A DNA stretch of 64,000 bases from Planctomycetota bacterium (GCA_044222185.1 JBGANV010000003.1:192001-256000), one strand, 5' to 3'. Shown: positions 41,432-51,800, numbered from the stretch's first letter. The notes: generated by a model from the sequence alone, not told the origin. Made by a program: numbers and translations.

Positions 41432-41480
41432 AAAGAGTACAAACGCGGTCCTGATTATCGGGGATCGTCGGCAGGATCAA
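41432..41480 (-). promoter_or_regulatory. Possible suf promoter and Rrf2 operator
   Basis: Minus strand TTGATC...GATAAT overlapping the imperfect palindrome AATCAGGAC-N7-GTACTCTTT directly upstream of the regulator. Confidence 0.4.
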
Positions 41481-41519
41481 GGCTTCGCCATCAATTTTCA
41501 TCCCGCGGATGCGTCGCAA

Positions 41520-42686
41520 CTACGGGGCTGGAGCGAGGACGCGTGTGAGGCCGCGAACGAAGGACGCGGGCTCACAAAGGAGGCTGACGACGCGCCAACC
41601 CGCGTCCGCGAAACCGTACAGCTCGCCGGGATGGACGAGGACGTGGTCGTCTCGCAGAAGCCTGGTGACGGATTCCCAATCCGGGGTCGTTGCCGGAACC
41701 CGAAAGACGGCGTGCCACCCCGCCTGCGGCGCCAGGAGCGTGGCCCACGGGGCCGCAGCGACGAGCCCCCGCAGCGCGTTCAGATTCTCCGAGAGCCGCG
41801 CACGGATGAGTTCACGCACCAGCGCTCCCCGCGCGAGGAGGTCGGCCGCGGCAACCTGCACCGAGGTCGATGCGGAAAGGTACTGGTCGTTGACGAATTC
41901 GAGGCGCTCGACGGCCTGGCCGACGAGCGCCGCAGGCCCCTCGACTGCGCACCAGCCGAGCTTCGCCTGCGGTAGCCCGACCGTCTTGGACAGCCCTCCG
42001 AGCCGGAACCACAACGCCTCCTTCGGCGGACGGCCAGCCCGCTCATGCGCAGGTGTGCGATCGTCGTGGTCGTAGTCGTCGAAGACCTCATCCAGGATGA
42101 CCGCTGCCCCGCTCCGCGCGGCCAACGCGTCGATCCACTGGGCGTCGTCCGGATGAAGCCGCGATCCCGTGGGGTTGTTGGGACTCACGAGAAGCACGGC
42201 GCGGCACCGGGCTGCCTCCAGATCCGGCACGCGCTCCCGAGCGACCATCCACCCACCCAGGCCGTCGAGCCAGAGGTCCACGACCTCCAACCCCTCCAAC
42301 CTCGCGAGGTGGTCGAAGAGCGGGTAGCTCGGCCGCGGCACGAGGACACCGTCGCCCGGGTCCGCCAGCAACTTGAAGAGAAGTGCGTAGGCCTCGCTCG
42401 TGCTCGCAAAGAGGAGGACCCTCTCTGCGTCGACGACGTGACCGCGGCGGGCGTAGTCCGCAGCCACGGCCTCCCGCGCACTCAGGAGCCCGGATGGGTC
42501 GGGAGCGTAGCGGAGCGCACGCGGATCGGACATGCCCGCGAGCAGGTCGGCCGGGTAGTCCAAACCGACCTGAGTTGGGTTCGTGGCCGTGAGATCGTCG
42601 AAGGCGGTGCCGGCGGCAACCAGCCGGCGGCGCACGACCTCCAACGCGTTGGGCGCGAACGATCGGGGTATGCGGTCGGAGAACAC
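41520..42686 (-). CDS. PLP-dependent aminotransferase, class I/II
   Basis: PSYPLF, SPNNPTG, LDEVF, GGLSKTVGLPQAKLGW. Confidence 0.92.
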   Translation of the reverse strand: MFSDRIPRSFAPNALEVVRRRLVAAGTAFDDLTATNPTQVGLDYPADLLAGMSDPRALRYAPDPSGLLSAREAVAADYARRGHVVDAERVLLFASTSEAYALLFKLLADPGDGVLVPRPSYPLFDHLARLEGLEVVDLWLDGLGGWMVARERVPDLEAARCRAVLLVSPNNPTGSRLHPDDAQWIDALAARSGAAVILDEVFDDYDHDDRTPAHERAGRPPKEALWFRLGGLSKTVGLPQAKLGWCAVEGPAALVGQAVERLEFVNDQYLSASTSVQVAAADLLARGALVRELIRARLSENLNALRGLVAAAPWATLLAPQAGWHAVFRVPATTPDWESVTRLLRDDHVLVHPGELYGFADAGWRVVSLLCEPASFVRGLTRVLAPAP

Positions 42687-42772
42687 GCCGCCATCTTCTC
42701 GCCGGCGCTCGTCGGAACAACGGGTCGCGTGATACGCTCGCCCCGCCTCCGCCCAGGCATCGGGAGTCCTCC

Positions 42773-43789
42773 GTGATCGCGATCCTCGCCTTCGTCACGT
42801 TCCTCTGCGCCCCACCGCAAGCACCCCTCGCATCGCCGGCGTGGGAACCGGCGCTTCGCCAGACCATCGCGTTGCCCGACGTGGAGGGGCGAATCGACCA
42901 CATGGCGTTCGACCCGAAGACCAGGCGGCTGTTCATCGCCGCCCTCGGGAACGGCACGCTCGAGGTCGTCGACACCGTGAAGGGCGAACGGATCAGGAGC
43001 ATCCGCGGCTTGAAGGAACCCCAGGGCGCCGTGCTCGTACCGCGTGCCGGACAGGTCGTCATCGCCAGCGGCGGCGACGGCACCCTTCGCGCGTACGACG
43101 TCGAGACGCTGGCCGAGGTCCGCCGCATCGACGTCGGCGACGACGCCGACAACGTCCGCCTGACCGATGACGGGGGCCAGCTCGTCGTCGGAACCGGGAA
43201 GGGAGCGCTCGTCCTCGTGGACGCCCGCGCGTTCCAGAAGATCGGAGAGATCCCGCTGCCGGCTCACCCGGAGTCCTTCCAGCTCGAGCCTGGAACGACC
43301 CGTGTCTTCGTGAACGTCCCCGATCACAAGAACGGAGGCGGTTCCGTGCTCGTCGTCGATCGCGCGGCGCGGCAGATAACGGCGACCTGGACGATCAAGG
43401 ACGCCGAGAGCAACTTCCCCATGGCGTTGGACGCCGCACGAAAGCGCCTCTACGTGGGGTGCCGCAAGCCGGCACGTCTCGGGGTGATCGACACGGCGAC
43501 CGGTGCCACGCTCGGGTCACCGGAGTGCGTCGGAGACCTGGACGACGTCTTCGTCGACACCGCGACGAGCAGCGTGCTCCTCATCGGTGGAGGCGGGGCG
43601 CTCGACGTCTTCGGCGCGGGCGACGCTCCCCGATGGGAGCGGATGGCGTCGGTGGCCACCTCCGATGGGGCGCGCACCGGACTGCTCGTCGAAGCGGCGC
43701 GGACCGTGTTCGTCGCCTGCCCGAAGCGCGGCACGAACGGCGCGGCGATCCGCCAATACTCACTACCCGCCGCCGACTCGCGGCGCTGA
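42773..43789 (+). CDS. Secreted YncE-family beta-propeller protein
   Basis: GRIDHMAFD, PQG, DADNVR, HPESFQLE, NFPMALD, GARTG; GGGAG RBS. Confidence 0.88.
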   Translation: MIAILAFVTFLCAPPQAPLASPAWEPALRQTIALPDVEGRIDHMAFDPKTRRLFIAALGNGTLEVVDTVKGERIRSIRGLKEPQGAVLVPRAGQVVIASGGDGTLRAYDVETLAEVRRIDVGDDADNVRLTDDGGQLVVGTGKGALVLVDARAFQKIGEIPLPAHPESFQLEPGTTRVFVNVPDHKNGGGSVLVVDRAARQITATWTIKDAESNFPMALDAARKRLYVGCRKPARLGVIDTATGATLGSPECVGDLDDVFVDTATSSVLLIGGGGALDVFGAGDAPRWERMASVATSDGARTGLLVEAARTVFVACPKRGTNGAAIRQYSLPAADSRR

Positions 43790-43794
43790 CCTCC

Positions 43795-45342
43795 TCAGAG
43801 CAGGATCGTCGAGACGGTGATGTTGCTGGCTCCGACGAACTGGCCAGTCGTGTCGCTGATCGTCGCGACCTGCGTGTGGAACACGGTGCCCGCGAATCCG
43901 GGAGGCACCGTCAGGTTCAGTGAACCGACGCCCACGGCGCTCAGGGGACCGCTCACGAGCGGAATGAAGTTCTGCAGAACGTTGAACCCCAGGTACGACA
44001 TCGTCGTTCCGTCGAAGGCGATCACGAGCACGTAGGTGTCGTTGGCGCCGCCGGCGAAGTGGGCGGAGAACGGGCCGTTCGACAGGAGCGTCGCCGTCGC
44101 AGTCAGCAGCGGCGGGTTCACCTCCACGTACGTGAAGCTCGCCGGGGCACTCGTGCCCGTCGGCCCCGTCACGGTGACCGAGTTGCCCCCGAGCGCCTGC
44201 GCCGTCGGCGCGCTGAACGTGATCGTCGTCGGGTTCACGATGGAGAACCCGAGGGGCGCGTTCAGGACGGTCCCACCGAAGTTGACCGACGTTGCTCCGG
44301 CGAAATTCGCGCCCGCCAGCGTCACCACTCCGCCCCCGAACGCGGCGACGGATGACGGCGTGACGGACGTCACGCTGGGTGGAATCTGGTTGAGCGTGAT
44401 GGGGAACGCGTTCGACAGCAGGGCCGATCCGGGCTCCCACACCAGGACGTTCCCGCTGACCGCCGCGGCCGGAATCGTCACGGCGACCGACGTTCCACCT
44501 GCGGACGTGGGTACGTTCGCGACGACGCCTGGGATCGTTCCCGTGTTCGTCGACGTCCGCGCCGTGAACTTCACGTTCACGGTCCCCGCGAAGTGCGCGC
44601 CCGAGATCAACAGTGTCCCGCCCGTGGCGAACGAGCCGCCGAGTCCCGTGATGACGGGCTTGGTCAGCGGAACCGCCCCGTAGACGGCCTGGAGACCCGC
44701 CTGATCGTCCGCGCGGATCACCCGCTGGCTCGACCCGTTTCCACACACGAACGCGCACATCGAGGGCGACGTCGTGCAGCCCGCGGTCGGGCAGTTCACC
44801 GTCTGGCTGTGCCCCAGTCCGAGCGCGTGTCCGAGTTCGTGCGTGAGGACGCCTCGCAAATCGATCTGCGTGCCCGAGGGGGTCCCCGTTCCGCCGTACC
44901 ACACCCACGACGACTCGCAGACGAGGATGCGCCAGCCGTTGTCGACCGGCGTCTCCGTGTAGGCGAGCGTTCCGCCGCTGCAGCCGGTGTTCCCGAAGCT
45001 GATGGTGTTGTCGTCCGGGTTCGAAGCCGTGGCCGAGCCCTGCCAATCGAAGTCGAAGTTGCGAGCGGCCGTGGACGTGTCCGATGCCCAGGCCTTGGCC
45101 CCCTTCCACGCAGCCAGCGCAGCGCCGCTGGCATCAGGGAACGCGGGATCCGTCGCACCGGCCGGGTTCGCGGATGGATCGAGTGCGTTGTTCCAGACGC
45201 GCAGGTCACGTTGGTACCCGTTGCCGCCGGCGGAAACGCCCAGGCTCTGGCCGAGCGTCGTGTAGGCCAGGATGATCCCTGGCGCGGCGACGACGGCGGT
45301 CGCGACGATGAGAGCGGTGACGGAAGTGGTGCGGTGCTTCAT
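43795..45342 (-). CDS. Secreted matrixin (M10-like) metalloprotease with IPT/TIG domains and recurrent C-terminal domain
   Basis: HELGHALGLGHS, Met-turn PSMC, DDQAGLQAVYG; IPT motif VTSVTPS...VTLAGANF...VNFGG. Confidence 0.9.
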   Translation of the reverse strand: MKHRTTSVTALIVATAVVAAPGIILAYTTLGQSLGVSAGGNGYQRDLRVWNNALDPSANPAGATDPAFPDASGAALAAWKGAKAWASDTSTAARNFDFDWQGSATASNPDDNTISFGNTGCSGGTLAYTETPVDNGWRILVCESSWVWYGGTGTPSGTQIDLRGVLTHELGHALGLGHSQTVNCPTAGCTTSPSMCAFVCGNGSSQRVIRADDQAGLQAVYGAVPLTKPVITGLGGSFATGGTLLISGAHFAGTVNVKFTARTSTNTGTIPGVVANVPTSAGGTSVAVTIPAAAVSGNVLVWEPGSALLSNAFPITLNQIPPSVTSVTPSSVAAFGGGVVTLAGANFAGATSVNFGGTVLNAPLGFSIVNPTTITFSAPTAQALGGNSVTVTGPTGTSAPASFTYVEVNPPLLTATATLLSNGPFSAHFAGGANDTYVLVIAFDGTTMSYLGFNVLQNFIPLVSGPLSAVGVGSLNLTVPPGFAGTVFHTQVATISDTTGQFVGASNITVSTILL

Positions 45343-45346
45343 GGGA

Positions 45347-45928
45347 TCACCGCTTCTTCGTCGTCGCGACGGTTTGGAGGACTTCCTGGCGGGCATCCGC
45401 CAGGCTCTTGTTGTCGGGGAACGCCGCGCCGCCGCCCTGCCCGAGGATCACCTCGCGCGGGCCCGTCCGCGTGTCGACGGATTCGATGCGGTAGACCTCG
45501 GCGAACGACGGAACGAGCCACGGCACGTCGCTCGGAAGATCGACGGTCGCCGGACGCCTGGCCAGGAAGAGGAGTAGTTTCCGCCCCGGCTTCATGTCCT
45601 CGGGCGACGGCGTGATCGACGTGGACCGCGCGCCGGGGCGAACGCCGCCACGCATGGCGACGCGCGTCACTCCGTTCGTGGCGCCCGTGACCAGCGACTC
45701 GGCGACCCGCAGGTCGGCGATCGTCCACGTGAAGGCGTACCCGTCGGGCTCGACGAGGTCCACCTCGCGAACGTCCACGACCGTGGCGATGACGATCTCG
45801 TCGCCGGCCATCCCGACCTGCTCGGAGAGGTTGCGGGGAATGACACACGCAATGGCGACCGGAACCAGAACGGCGATCGCCGCAAGGGCGACGAATGGAC
45901 CAGGCCACATCCTCGATCGACTCTGCAT
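45347..45928 (-). CDS. Secreted hypothetical protein (TIMP/OB-fold-like), upstream partner of the matrixin
   Basis: Signal peptide ...VPVAIA-CVIPR, then LSEQVGMAGDEIVIATVVDV...LRVAESL...GG...PGRKLLLFL; stop lies 4 nt before the matrixin ATG. Confidence 0.75.
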   Translation of the reverse strand: MQSRSRMWPGPFVALAAIAVLVPVAIACVIPRNLSEQVGMAGDEIVIATVVDVREVDLVEPDGYAFTWTIADLRVAESLVTGATNGVTRVAMRGGVRPGARSTSITPSPEDMKPGRKLLLFLARRPATVDLPSDVPWLVPSFAEVYRIESVDTRTGPREVILGQGGGAAFPDNKSLADARQEVLQTVATTKKR

Positions 45929-46230
45929 GGAAGCTTCACCCCGTCGCGTGTTCCGTCCGTGGGCGATGGCGGACGTGGACACAGTGCCGGAAAATCTACC
46001 CGCCTGGCTCGATCCGGGCCAAAAGTGTTTTCGAGCCGGAGCAGAGGCTGTCTCGACGATCCGGCACTCCGAGCGACCACGACGCACGCGGCGGTGTTGC
46101 CGTCGGAGCGCCCGCCGGGCCTTCGGCGAACTTGCAGGTGTCAAATCGGGCTGCACCGACGCGGCGAAGATCCCGAGTGAGACTGCGCGTTTCCCGCGGA
46201 AGTCCGGCGTGGAACGAGTCGCGCCCCGAA

Positions 46231-46246
46231 CGGCATTCCGATTGCA
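46231..46246 (+). promoter_or_regulatory. Putative sigma-54 promoter of the FG-GAP gene
   Basis: CGGCATTCCGATTGCA: GG-N10-GC, about 57 nt upstream of ATG 46303. Confidence 0.55.
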
Positions 46247-46302
46247 TCGTGCCTGTCGCTTCGCCCCGCGATCCCCCACGTGAGGACCTCCCAAGGTGAA
46301 CG

Positions 46303-48240
46303 ATGGAAGCCCAGACGAGTTCGCATCCAAATCGCATCCCTCGATCGGCGCTCATGCTCGCCTGCGCCGCGCTGTGCCTCGCACCGAGTCGGGCGCAGTG
46401 CCCAGCCGTCGCGGGGCTGTTCTCCGCATCGGCGTCGACGACGCCCACGCAGTCGGCCACCACCCTCGCGACGGCTGACTTCAACGACGACGGCGTTCCC
46501 GACCTGCTCGTCGGCGGCTTCTCGAACATCTTCCAGGTCCTGCTCGGGACCGGCTCGGGCACGTTCCTCCCCCCCATCAGCGTGCCGTTGCCTGGAGGAA
46601 TCTTCGGGCGATTCGCCGCCGCCGGTGACATCAACGGTGATGGCATCGTGGACCTCGCGGCCGGAGGTGCCGTGTCGACGGTTGGACCGGGCCTCGTCTC
46701 CATCCTCTACGGCGTGGGGTCGAGCGGCGTCGGCACCGGCACGTTCTCCGTCGGCCCCATCATCAACCTCCTCCCCGCGCCCGGGTTCAGCAGCGTGGGG
46801 TCGCCGTATTCCGTCCGGATCGCGGACCTGAACAACGACGGGATCCCCGACATCATCGGCGTCAACACGGGGTCGATCTCCGTGCATCTCGGCCAGGGGA
46901 CGGCAGGGCGCTCGAACGGGACGTACCTCGCGCTTCCGGCGGTCGCACTCGCGGGAGGCGCGTCCTACGACCTCGCGGTTCGCGACTTCAACGGCGACGG
47001 AATTCTCGACGCCGCGATCATCCATGGCGCCGGATCCATGGAGGTACTCATCGGCCAGGGCGCGAACGGCGTAGGAACGGGCGTCCTCGTCTCGACGCAG
47101 GTGATTCCCATCGCCGTCAGCGGGTTGCTCACCATGGTCGCTGCGGATTTCGACGGCGATCAGATCCTCGACCTGGCCGTGCCGGACGGAGCGAGCACCG
47201 GCAGCGTCCTCGTGTTCCGCGGCGCCGGAACGGGCGGAATCGGGAACGGGACCTTCGCGGCCCCGACGGCCTACCCCGTGGGCAATTATCCGTCGTTCGT
47301 GCGAGCGGCCGACTTCAACGGCGACGGCATCGCGGACCTCCTCGTCGACCGGCAGACGGCGATCACGACGGGCGGCAACCACGCCGTGTCCCTGCTCATC
47401 TCCCAGCCGCCGGGCGGGTTCGCGCCATACATCGGACTCGTCGCCGCGGGTGGAGGTCTTCCGTGGGGCAACGTGGCACTCGACCTGAACGGCGACCGTG
47501 CGCCTGACATTTCGATCGCAAAGCAGATCGGGCAGATCGACACGTTGTTCGGCACGTGCGTCCAGACGTCGTCGGCGGTTCCGGGCGTGATCACCCCCGC
47601 GCCGGGCGTGACCTGGGCGGCGGGTTCGAACCAGACGATCTCGTGGACGAAGCCGAGCTTCGTTCCCACGGTCGACGTGGAAGTCTCCCGAGACGGCGGC
47701 GTGAACTGGGAGATGATCGTCGAATCGTCGACGAAGACTTCCTACGTGTGGCACGTCACCAACCCGTCGTCCACGCGCGGGATGATTCGGGTGAGAGACT
47801 CTGCCGCCTGGAGTCGCGCGGGCACGTCGCAGCTCTTCAGCATCGCGGGTGCGTGGACGCCGTCCGCGACGGCTTTCGGGACGGGATGCGGACTGTCGAT
47901 TCCCGCACTTTCGCTCAACACGCCACTCATCGGGTTCCCCGTCATCATCACGCTCTCGGGCGCGACGGCCTCCGCCCCAGCCGCGTTGTTCGCAGGGGTG
48001 CCGGCGAACGTGCCGCAGGTCATCGGACCCGGCTGCAGCCTGGCGTTCGATCCGTCGACGGCCGTGCCCGTGGTCGACTTCGCGACGGACGCCGCCGGCG
48101 GTTGGTCCCTGGCATTCCCTCTGCCGCTCGAACCGCGACTCGTCGGCCTCGACATCGGCCTGCAGGCCGCCGTCATCGCGCCGGCGACGCCCCCGGGATT
48201 CCAGGTGTCTGCGGGCGTGCGCGCGCTCATCGGCTACTGA
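46303..48240 (+). CDS. Secreted FG-GAP/VCBS repeat protein with an Ig-like domain and recurrent C-terminal domain
   Basis: About seven DFNxDGxxD-type repeats; signal peptide ending SRA-Q; ends PLPLEPRLVGLDIGLQAAVI...SAGVRALIGY. Confidence 0.92.
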   Translation: MEAQTSSHPNRIPRSALMLACAALCLAPSRAQCPAVAGLFSASASTTPTQSATTLATADFNDDGVPDLLVGGFSNIFQVLLGTGSGTFLPPISVPLPGGIFGRFAAAGDINGDGIVDLAAGGAVSTVGPGLVSILYGVGSSGVGTGTFSVGPIINLLPAPGFSSVGSPYSVRIADLNNDGIPDIIGVNTGSISVHLGQGTAGRSNGTYLALPAVALAGGASYDLAVRDFNGDGILDAAIIHGAGSMEVLIGQGANGVGTGVLVSTQVIPIAVSGLLTMVAADFDGDQILDLAVPDGASTGSVLVFRGAGTGGIGNGTFAAPTAYPVGNYPSFVRAADFNGDGIADLLVDRQTAITTGGNHAVSLLISQPPGGFAPYIGLVAAGGGLPWGNVALDLNGDRAPDISIAKQIGQIDTLFGTCVQTSSAVPGVITPAPGVTWAAGSNQTISWTKPSFVPTVDVEVSRDGGVNWEMIVESSTKTSYVWHVTNPSSTRGMIRVRDSAAWSRAGTSQLFSIAGAWTPSATAFGTGCGLSIPALSLNTPLIGFPVIITLSGATASAPAALFAGVPANVPQVIGPGCSLAFDPSTAVPVVDFATDAAGGWSLAFPLPLEPRLVGLDIGLQAAVIAPATPPGFQVSAGVRALIGY

Positions 48241-48334
48241 CGCGGGAGCCGGGCACGCGCCACCGCACGCGAGGACTCTCGGCGAGCGGCAGCTGCCGCG
48301 GCGCAGGCGTCATCGCGCGCAACTGCCGCCAGCC

Positions 48335-48685
48335 CTACTCCCTCTCGTTGGCCCAGGCGAGCAGCCGCCAGCGTCCCTCCGCGTCCTTCACGAACAGGCG
48401 CGCGTTGAGGAATCGGTCCGCCCCGATCGCGACGCGACACGTGACCAGGGCCCGCATCTGGCCGAGAGTCTGGACGTCGATCGATCGCGAGTCACAGGTT
48501 CGCGCACCGCCGGCCTTCAGCGCATCGAGGAATTCTCCGCGCGGGACGACCGAAGCGTTCGCCCGGCGAAAGGCAAAGGCTCCGGCGAGGCGTTCTTCGA
48601 AGAACGTCCGGTTTCCGGCGTTCTCCTCGTCCGTGAATCGCTCGTTCAGCGCCCGCAGGTCGAGTTCGTTTTCAGGATCGGACAT
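48335..48685 (-). CDS. NTF2/DUF4440-like protein
   Basis: GAGG RBS; LRALNERF...FAFRRANASVVPRGEFL...NARLFVK..GRWRLLAW. Confidence 0.75.
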   Translation of the reverse strand: MSDPENELDLRALNERFTDEENAGNRTFFEERLAGAFAFRRANASVVPRGEFLDALKAGGARTCDSRSIDVQTLGQMRALVTCRVAIGADRFLNARLFVKDAEGRWRLLAWANERE

Positions 48686-48891
48686 CGAGCCTCCTCTGCG
48701 GCGACGGCGATCGACGAGCCAGGGAGCCCTGACTCGGTGCCCCGTCATCAGACGACGCGCCCCACCGCGCTGGGGGCCGGTGGCCGCCGCACCGTGCCGC
48801 GTCCGTTCGTTCGAGCGTCGATCTTGGCGCGAAGGTGACACGGACGCGGCGAGCCCATGTGTTTCGCGCATCGCGGCGGTGACACCGCGAA

Positions 48892-51800
48892 CTACCGGCG
48901 AGATTCGGTGCTCGGGGCGGCCTCCACCTCTCGAAGCACTGCCGCGTCCGACACGAGTCGCGCAGCCGATCGCAGGTCGTCCATGACGAAGCGGTGGATC
49001 AGGAAGTCGGTGTCGGCGGCGACGCCAGCCGCGATCGGTCGCAGGGCCGCGAGGGCGGCGCGGATTCGCTCCGTTCGGGTCGCGTCGGACAGACCTGGCG
49101 CGAGCGCGGAGTCGGCGATCACGCAGGGGTGACCGGGTGCAGCGGCGAGCGCTCCCGCCTTCGCTCCATCGAAGTCGCTGCGGTACTCCGTCGCGAACCC
49201 CTCGCGCATGGCGAAGGCCTGGCGTCCGTGGACCCACGCGGTCACGGGGTCCGACGACCCGAGGACGAACATAAGGTTGAGGTGCGACTCGGGGAGCGGT
49301 CGCGGACACGTGACGGCTCGCAAGTACGCCGCAGCCGCTTCATCGGCCTCGTCGCGGTGCGCATGGGCGCTGCCCAGGGCGTTCCACGATCGTGGATCGT
49401 TCGGGTCGGCTACGGTCGCCTGCTCCGCCGCCGCGACCGCTTCGCTCGTCTGCCCAGTCGCGTCGAGGAGGGTCGACATGTTGAAGAGCGCGTCGGCCCG
49501 ACCCGGGTGGACCTCCAGCACGCGTTTGTAGAACGCGATCGAGCGCGACGGATCGGTGGGCATGAGCAGCAGCGCGAGGTTGAAGAGCGCGGGCTCCAGC
49601 CGGGGGTTGCTCTCCAGCGCCTCGGCGTAGCGACGCTCGGCGGCCTCGCGCTCGCCGAGCGCGTGGTGGAGCGATCCGAGGATGACGAGCGCATCGGGGA
49701 AATGCGGCTTCAGCTCGAGCGCCCGCTCGGCGGCCGTCCGCGCGCCATCGAAGTCCTTCAGGTTGCGCCGCGCGTTGCCGAGCATGGACCACGCGATCGG
49801 CGAATCGGGCCGCAACGCGACGGCCTCGGTCAGCACGTCGCGGGCATCCGCATCACGAAACAGGCGGATCAGCGCCGCGCCCAGGTTGACGCGCGCGTCG
49901 AACTGTTTGGGCGCGAGTTCGATGGCGCGCCGGCATGCGGCCTCGGCATCGGCGTAGCGGCGCTCTTCCACGAAGACCGTGCCGAGAGAGCTCCACGCTT
50001 CCGGGAAATCGGGTTGGATCTCGATGGCGTGCTGGAGAAGCGCGATCGCCTCGCCCCGGCGTGACTGATCGGCGCGGACGGCGGCGAGTTGCGCCAGCGT
50101 CACGGCCCACTCGCGCGGGCCGCGGTCGCGAGCCATCGCCTCGGCCTCGACGGCGGCCCGCTCCGCCTCCGCCAGGAGCCCGGCCCTGCGCAGGTGCACC
50201 GAGTACCGACCGAGCCGCGCAGGCGTCGAGATGGCGGTCGTCGCGCGGAACCGTCCCGCGAACGCCAACGCTGCGCGGTAGTCCTGCAAGCGCGACGCCT
50301 CCTCGGCGGCGAACCAGGCCAGGCCCGGTGCCAGCTCCTCGCGCTCCATGGCGGACTCGAGCCGCTGGAGCGCTTCGAGGTGCCGGCCGCGGGCCGAGAG
50401 CAGCAGCGCCTGCGCCAGGTCGAACTCGGACGCGAACCCCATCGGGTCCGGCCCCGCGGTGCGAGGACGACTCTCCGCGCGGCTCTCCGGCCGCGACTCG
50501 CTGCCGTCGATGAGGGCCGCGATCGCCGTCCAGGAGTCGTCGGGGACTCGGCGCGAGAAATCGTCGACGACGCTCCGCGCCAGGTCCGTGCGTCCACTCC
50601 GGACGTGGACGCCGATCAAGAGGATCGCCGCGCGGAGGTTCGTCGGGTCCGCGTCCAGGATGGTCTTCAAGGCGTTCGTTGCGAGCCGTCCATCGGGATC
50701 GCTGTCCACGTCGAGCGCCAGCGTCTCCGCGTCGATCTCCGCTTCGAGCCGGACGATCTGCTGCTGAATCATCGGGAATTCGATGTGTCCCTCGGAGACT
50801 TCGGAGACCTCGGCCGCGAGGCGGAGCACGCCGCGCGCGGCACTCGGGTCACGCCGCGCGATCGCCAGCTCGGCTTCCACGAACCGCCGGCCGGTGATTT
50901 CGAGCAGGCGCCGCATGTCCATGACCTGCTGGGTCACGAGGCCCGCGACCGTGGGCAGTCCGATGGCGAGGACGACGGCGAGCGCCGCGACGGCGGGCCG
51001 TCGCCGGACGAACTTCGCGATCTGGCTGAAGACGCTCGGCGCCCGCGCGACGATGGGGCGGATCTCGAGGACGGCGCGTAGATCGTCGGCGAGCGCTCCG
51101 GCGGTCGCGTAACGGCGTGCCGGGCTCTTCTCGAGCGCCGTGGCGACGACGACGGCCAAATCGCGCGGGAGCCGCCGCACGATGCGATTCACGGGAGCGG
51201 GGTCCTCCGTGAGGATCTGCTGATACAGCGCGTCGCGCGTCGGCGCCGTGAACGGATGGCGGCCCGCGATCCCCTCGTAGAGCATGACGCCCAGCGCCCA
51301 CACGTCGATGCGGCGATCGCTTCGCAGGCCGCCGCCGCGAATCTGCTCGGGCGCCATGTACTGTGGCGTGCCCAGCACCTGTCCCGTACGAGTCAGGCTG
51401 GCGCCGACGGCGTCGCGCAGGTCGTGAGCGAGCCCGAAGTCGAGGACGACCGGCGTCCCGTCGGGCGTGACCATGACGTTCGTCGGCTTGAGGTCGCAGT
51501 GGACGACCCCGGCTTCGTGGGCCGCGTGGACCGCTCTCGCCAGCGTCTCGATCCGCTCGACCGGACGTCGCCACGATTCACGGCCGGCCTCCGAGCGCGC
51601 GGACGCGCCGGCCGTGTCCGACGATTCGTGCGCTGCCGCCATCTCGTCGCGGAGCGTACGCCCGGGGACGAATCGCATGGCGATCCACAGTTGGCCGTCC
51701 CATTCGCCGGTGGCGAGCACGCCGCAGAGGTTGGGATGATCGAGACGGGACGCCACTTCCGCCTCGCGCTGGAAGCGCAGGCGCATTTCCGGATCGGCGG

